In this document: one piece after another, positions 61,465 through 64,000 of the stretch
Numbering within the stretch: the first letter of the stretch is position 1
Layout: each line of letters begins with the position of its first letter
Translations under genes and position numbers: made by a program
NCBI RefSeq assembly: GCF_009914755.1
Contig: NC_060926.1
Strand: one strand, 5' to 3'
DNA: 64,000 nucleotides
Source of the DNA: the human T2T-CHM13v2.0 reference genome, Homo sapiens
The notes under the pieces: generated by a model
The model's input: only the letters and a program-made list of their open reading frames with translations
The model's database searches: none
What the model was told of the DNA's origin: nothing

Positions 61465-62980
61465 GTCTTCTTTATTGAAACTCAAAAGGTAAAATGATTC
61501 TGTCTTGGAGACCCCTCCTTACAATGAGGATGTAATCAGAGGTACCACATCCAGAGCCCTTAGAGTTTGAGTAGCAGGTAGGCTGAGGTATGACCCTGTG
61601 ATGGTGAAAATCATGTTAAGGTCGAGGCCACAGAGGGTGCTCAGGTGTATTTTAAAGTATCCTTTCAAGATAAATAAAGTGAATCACCTAGCAGTCACTC
61701 TGACTTATTTCATTAAATCTGAATATTAAATTTAATGCTGTCATAAAATCTAGATTTCCTAGGCTATAACTTCTATAACTTCCTTCAAAAGAGAGCTTGC
61801 CCAATTCAGTTTTATGCCACTTCCAGTGTCGTGAACACAATAGGTACCCCCACAATAAGATTAAAGTAGGGAAAGCTGGCACCTGACAATCCCTGCCTGC
61901 AAATAGCAAATCCCAAAGTAATGCTTCCACCTGGCCTGGCCGCCAGCACCTTGCCCAGAAACAGCCTGTAGCAAGCTGTGGCATTTCTAGGCCTGGAGAA
62001 GGTCGTGTAAGCATGTGGTGTGATTAGGGGACATTGTATTTTTCCTTCTGAAACTTTTCATCAAGGAAACTCTGAAACAATACATCTGTGTTTAAGACAG
62101 CTTGAGGAACTGATAAGTTGATCATCTATGTCTAAATATTGTGGCCTCCGATAACATCCTAGACCAGTATCTATCAGCCCACCAGGTAGGAAATCGAGGA
62201 TTTGATGGAAGAGAAGTTCAGTTTTCATTATTAATGGTGAATATTTAGCATGTACACAGAATGCCTGGCACATAGGATTTTAACCAATTTAATCTTCACA
62301 GGAATGCTCAAAGTTTAGGAGCTTTTATTGGCACCCCTGTTTTACAGGTGGAAAAGCAAGTGGTTTGTCAGTGAATAAGCCTGGCTTGCGGGCAGGCACG
62401 TCTGTCTGCTTGCTCTTAACCGCAGTATTCTCCTGTCTGTTGTCATGGGGAGCAAGTGCTTACCTGTAAGGAATCCTTCCCCACACATTGGTAAAATAAC
62501 CCTACAAGATTATTTTAGAAGTTTTGCACAGAGGCAGTATCGTAGCCATGGAGGTTTATCTGGGGTGAGGTTATTGATAATTGAAAATGAAAACAATAAA
62601 GACAGAATTATGTTAGGAGACAGACTGTGGCCCTTCATTGGGATGGCATTGGTGTACACAGCACCCTCACAGTCACATCTCTTTGTTCTTGTCTTCCTGG
62701 AAGCCCACTTGTTCCTAGGTGAGGTTGGCGGTAACAGGTACCAAAGACTGTTTTTTAAACAAGTCACATGAGTTGCATCTTCGAGGCTGCATGGTTAGGA
62801 AAGATGCCTCATTTAAACGCGCAGCAGGTGAGACATGCCCCTCGTTTTGTTCTTGCAGGCCAAGCCCCAGAGTGGGCGTGGTTTTAGGGTGCAGGCTGGT
62901 GCTGGGCTGGGCCCCTCGGAGGCTCCGGTCCGCGCTGCGTCGATCCATCCCGGCGCTTGGGCCTGCACGCCGCCGCGCTC

Positions 62981-63000
62981 GCCGCCGCCGCCGCCGCCGC
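62981..63000. repeat. (GCC)6 trinucleotide repeat in the CpG island
   Basis: gccgccgccgccgccgccgc read directly. Confidence 0.9.
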
Positions 63001-63579
63001 GCTCCCGGGACTCGGCCAGCCCGGCTGGGCGCGCGGCCCGCGGTCCCTTGCACGTCGGCCCCCGTCGCCCGCCCCGCCCCGGCGCGCGTTTCCATTTTAA
63101 ACCGCCGCCCGCCGCCCGCCACCCGCCACCCTTCGGCCGCAGCCGGTGCAGCTGTCCGCGCGTCCCGGAGCCCAGGGAGTGGCGGAGGCTGCGGAACCGC
63201 CGAGCTGTGCAGCCGGAGCGGGAGGATGCGCACGGGCCCCGCGTCGTAGACAATGAAGCCGCGGGCGCCGCCGCCTGCCCTGGGCCCTGCGCACCGCGGC
63301 CGCACCTGCCGGCGAGAGCGCTCTAGCGCCTGACCGGCCGCCTCGCTTGGCCCCGCCGGCCCATGGCTCGGCGCCCCGGGCCCGGACCCCGGCACTCGGG
63401 CGGCGCGGCGCACGGGCCGGCGGGTGCCAGGGGCGCCGTCCCCGCAGCCTGAGTGCGGCCCTCGCGGTCAGCGGGGGGCGTGGGCCACACTCCCGGCCCG
63501 CCTGCCCTCCCCGCTTGGCCCGGCGCCCTCCCGGCCCGCGGGCTCGCTGGATGCGGCGGGGCCCCAGCGCGCGGGCGAC

Positions 63580-64000
63580 ATGTACTTGTTGGACGGCAGT
63601 GGCGAGCCCGCGTCGCCACCCGCGGACGCGATGCCGCGCGGGACGCCCCCCAGAAAGACTGTCTACCGCATCTCCGTGACCATGGTCAGGAAGGAGCAGC
63701 TGGCCGCGCCGGGCTCCGGCGGCCCGGACCCACGCCCGGTTCGGCGGCCCCGGCCCGCGCGCTCCCCGGACGCGCCCGGGAGGCTTGAGGAGGAGGCCGA
63801 GGAGGCGGAGGGCGCCGAGGAACCGGAGGGTCCCCGGCCGCGCGCTTGGGATTTCCGCACCTTCCGCACCCGCAGCACCGGGCAGCTGGAACTGGGGCGG
63901 CTCCGGCCGTGCGCACGCGGCCTGGAACCCGCGGACCTGGCCGGCAGCGCCCCGGCCGAGGAGGAGGGACGCGGCTCGCCCGCGTCCGGCAGCCCCGACG
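63580..64000 (+). CDS. AGAP1: 5' part of a first coding exon, open past the window end; probable alternative long N-terminus of the ArfGAP/GTPase AGAP1
   Basis: Hand translation from gacATG at 63580: MYLLDGSGEPASPPADAMPRGTPPRKTVYRISVTMVRKEQLAAPGSGG...EEEAEEAEGAEEPEG...WDFRTFRTRSTGQLELGR..., 140 codons with no stop. In-frame upstream stop at 63331-63333. MPRG..RKTVYRISVTMVRKE resembles the AGAP2/PIKE-L N-terminus. Gene identity is inferred from recalled paralogy, not a database hit. Confidence 0.7.
   Translation, partial: MYLLDGSGEPASPPADAMPRGTPPRKTVYRISVTMVRKEQLAAPGSGGPDPRPVRRPRPARSPDAPGRLEEEAEEAEGAEEPEGPRPRAWDFRTFRTRSTGQLELGRLRPCARGLEPADLAGSAPAEEEGRGSPASGSPD

Larger units (their letters stand above)
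62900..64000 (+). promoter_or_regulatory. CpG island / internal promoter
   Basis: Abrupt rise in GC and CpG density. GC boxes (gccccgcccc near 63071), a YY1-like CCATTTT and AT patch (tttccattttaaa, about 63089-63101), and a (GCC)6 run. Lies immediately upstream of the ORF. Confidence 0.9.

Noticed and set aside
62715-63916. Several long Arg/Pro/Ala ORFs on both strands in the CpG island
   Set aside because: Stop-poor GC-rich sequence; only the frame from 63580 has a recognisable motif

Overview
Primate (most likely human) genomic DNA: about 62.7 kb of repeat-rich, apparently intronic sequence followed by a CpG island (about 62.9-64.0 kb). The repeats include about 27 Alus, MaLR/MLT/MST LTRs, an LTR10F-type solo LTR, an ERV1 MER4-group LTR, a truncated L1PB, L2/MIR relics, MER DNA transposons and a 33-bp VNTR. 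The island holds a GC-box promoter and a + strand ORF from ATG 63580 that runs off the window end, so it is absent from the ORF track. Its MPRG...RKTVYRISVTMVRKE segment resembles the N-terminus of AGAP2/PIKE-L (MSRG...[16 protein letters not shown], recalled). I therefore infer that this is intron 1 of AGAP1 plus an alternative first coding exon for a long N-terminal isoform; this needs BLAT confirmation. The other ORFs in the track look like repeat-derived or chance frames. Most interesting: the alternative exon with its PIKE-like motif and uORF/leaky-scanning layout, an AP-1-rich LTR10F about 13 kb upstream of the promoter, a G-rich VNTR born from a MIR B-box region, several motif-dense candidate enhancers, and several atypical Alu insertions. 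Repeat subfamily calls are by eye from recalled consensus sequences, and boundaries are approximate unless a TSD is given.
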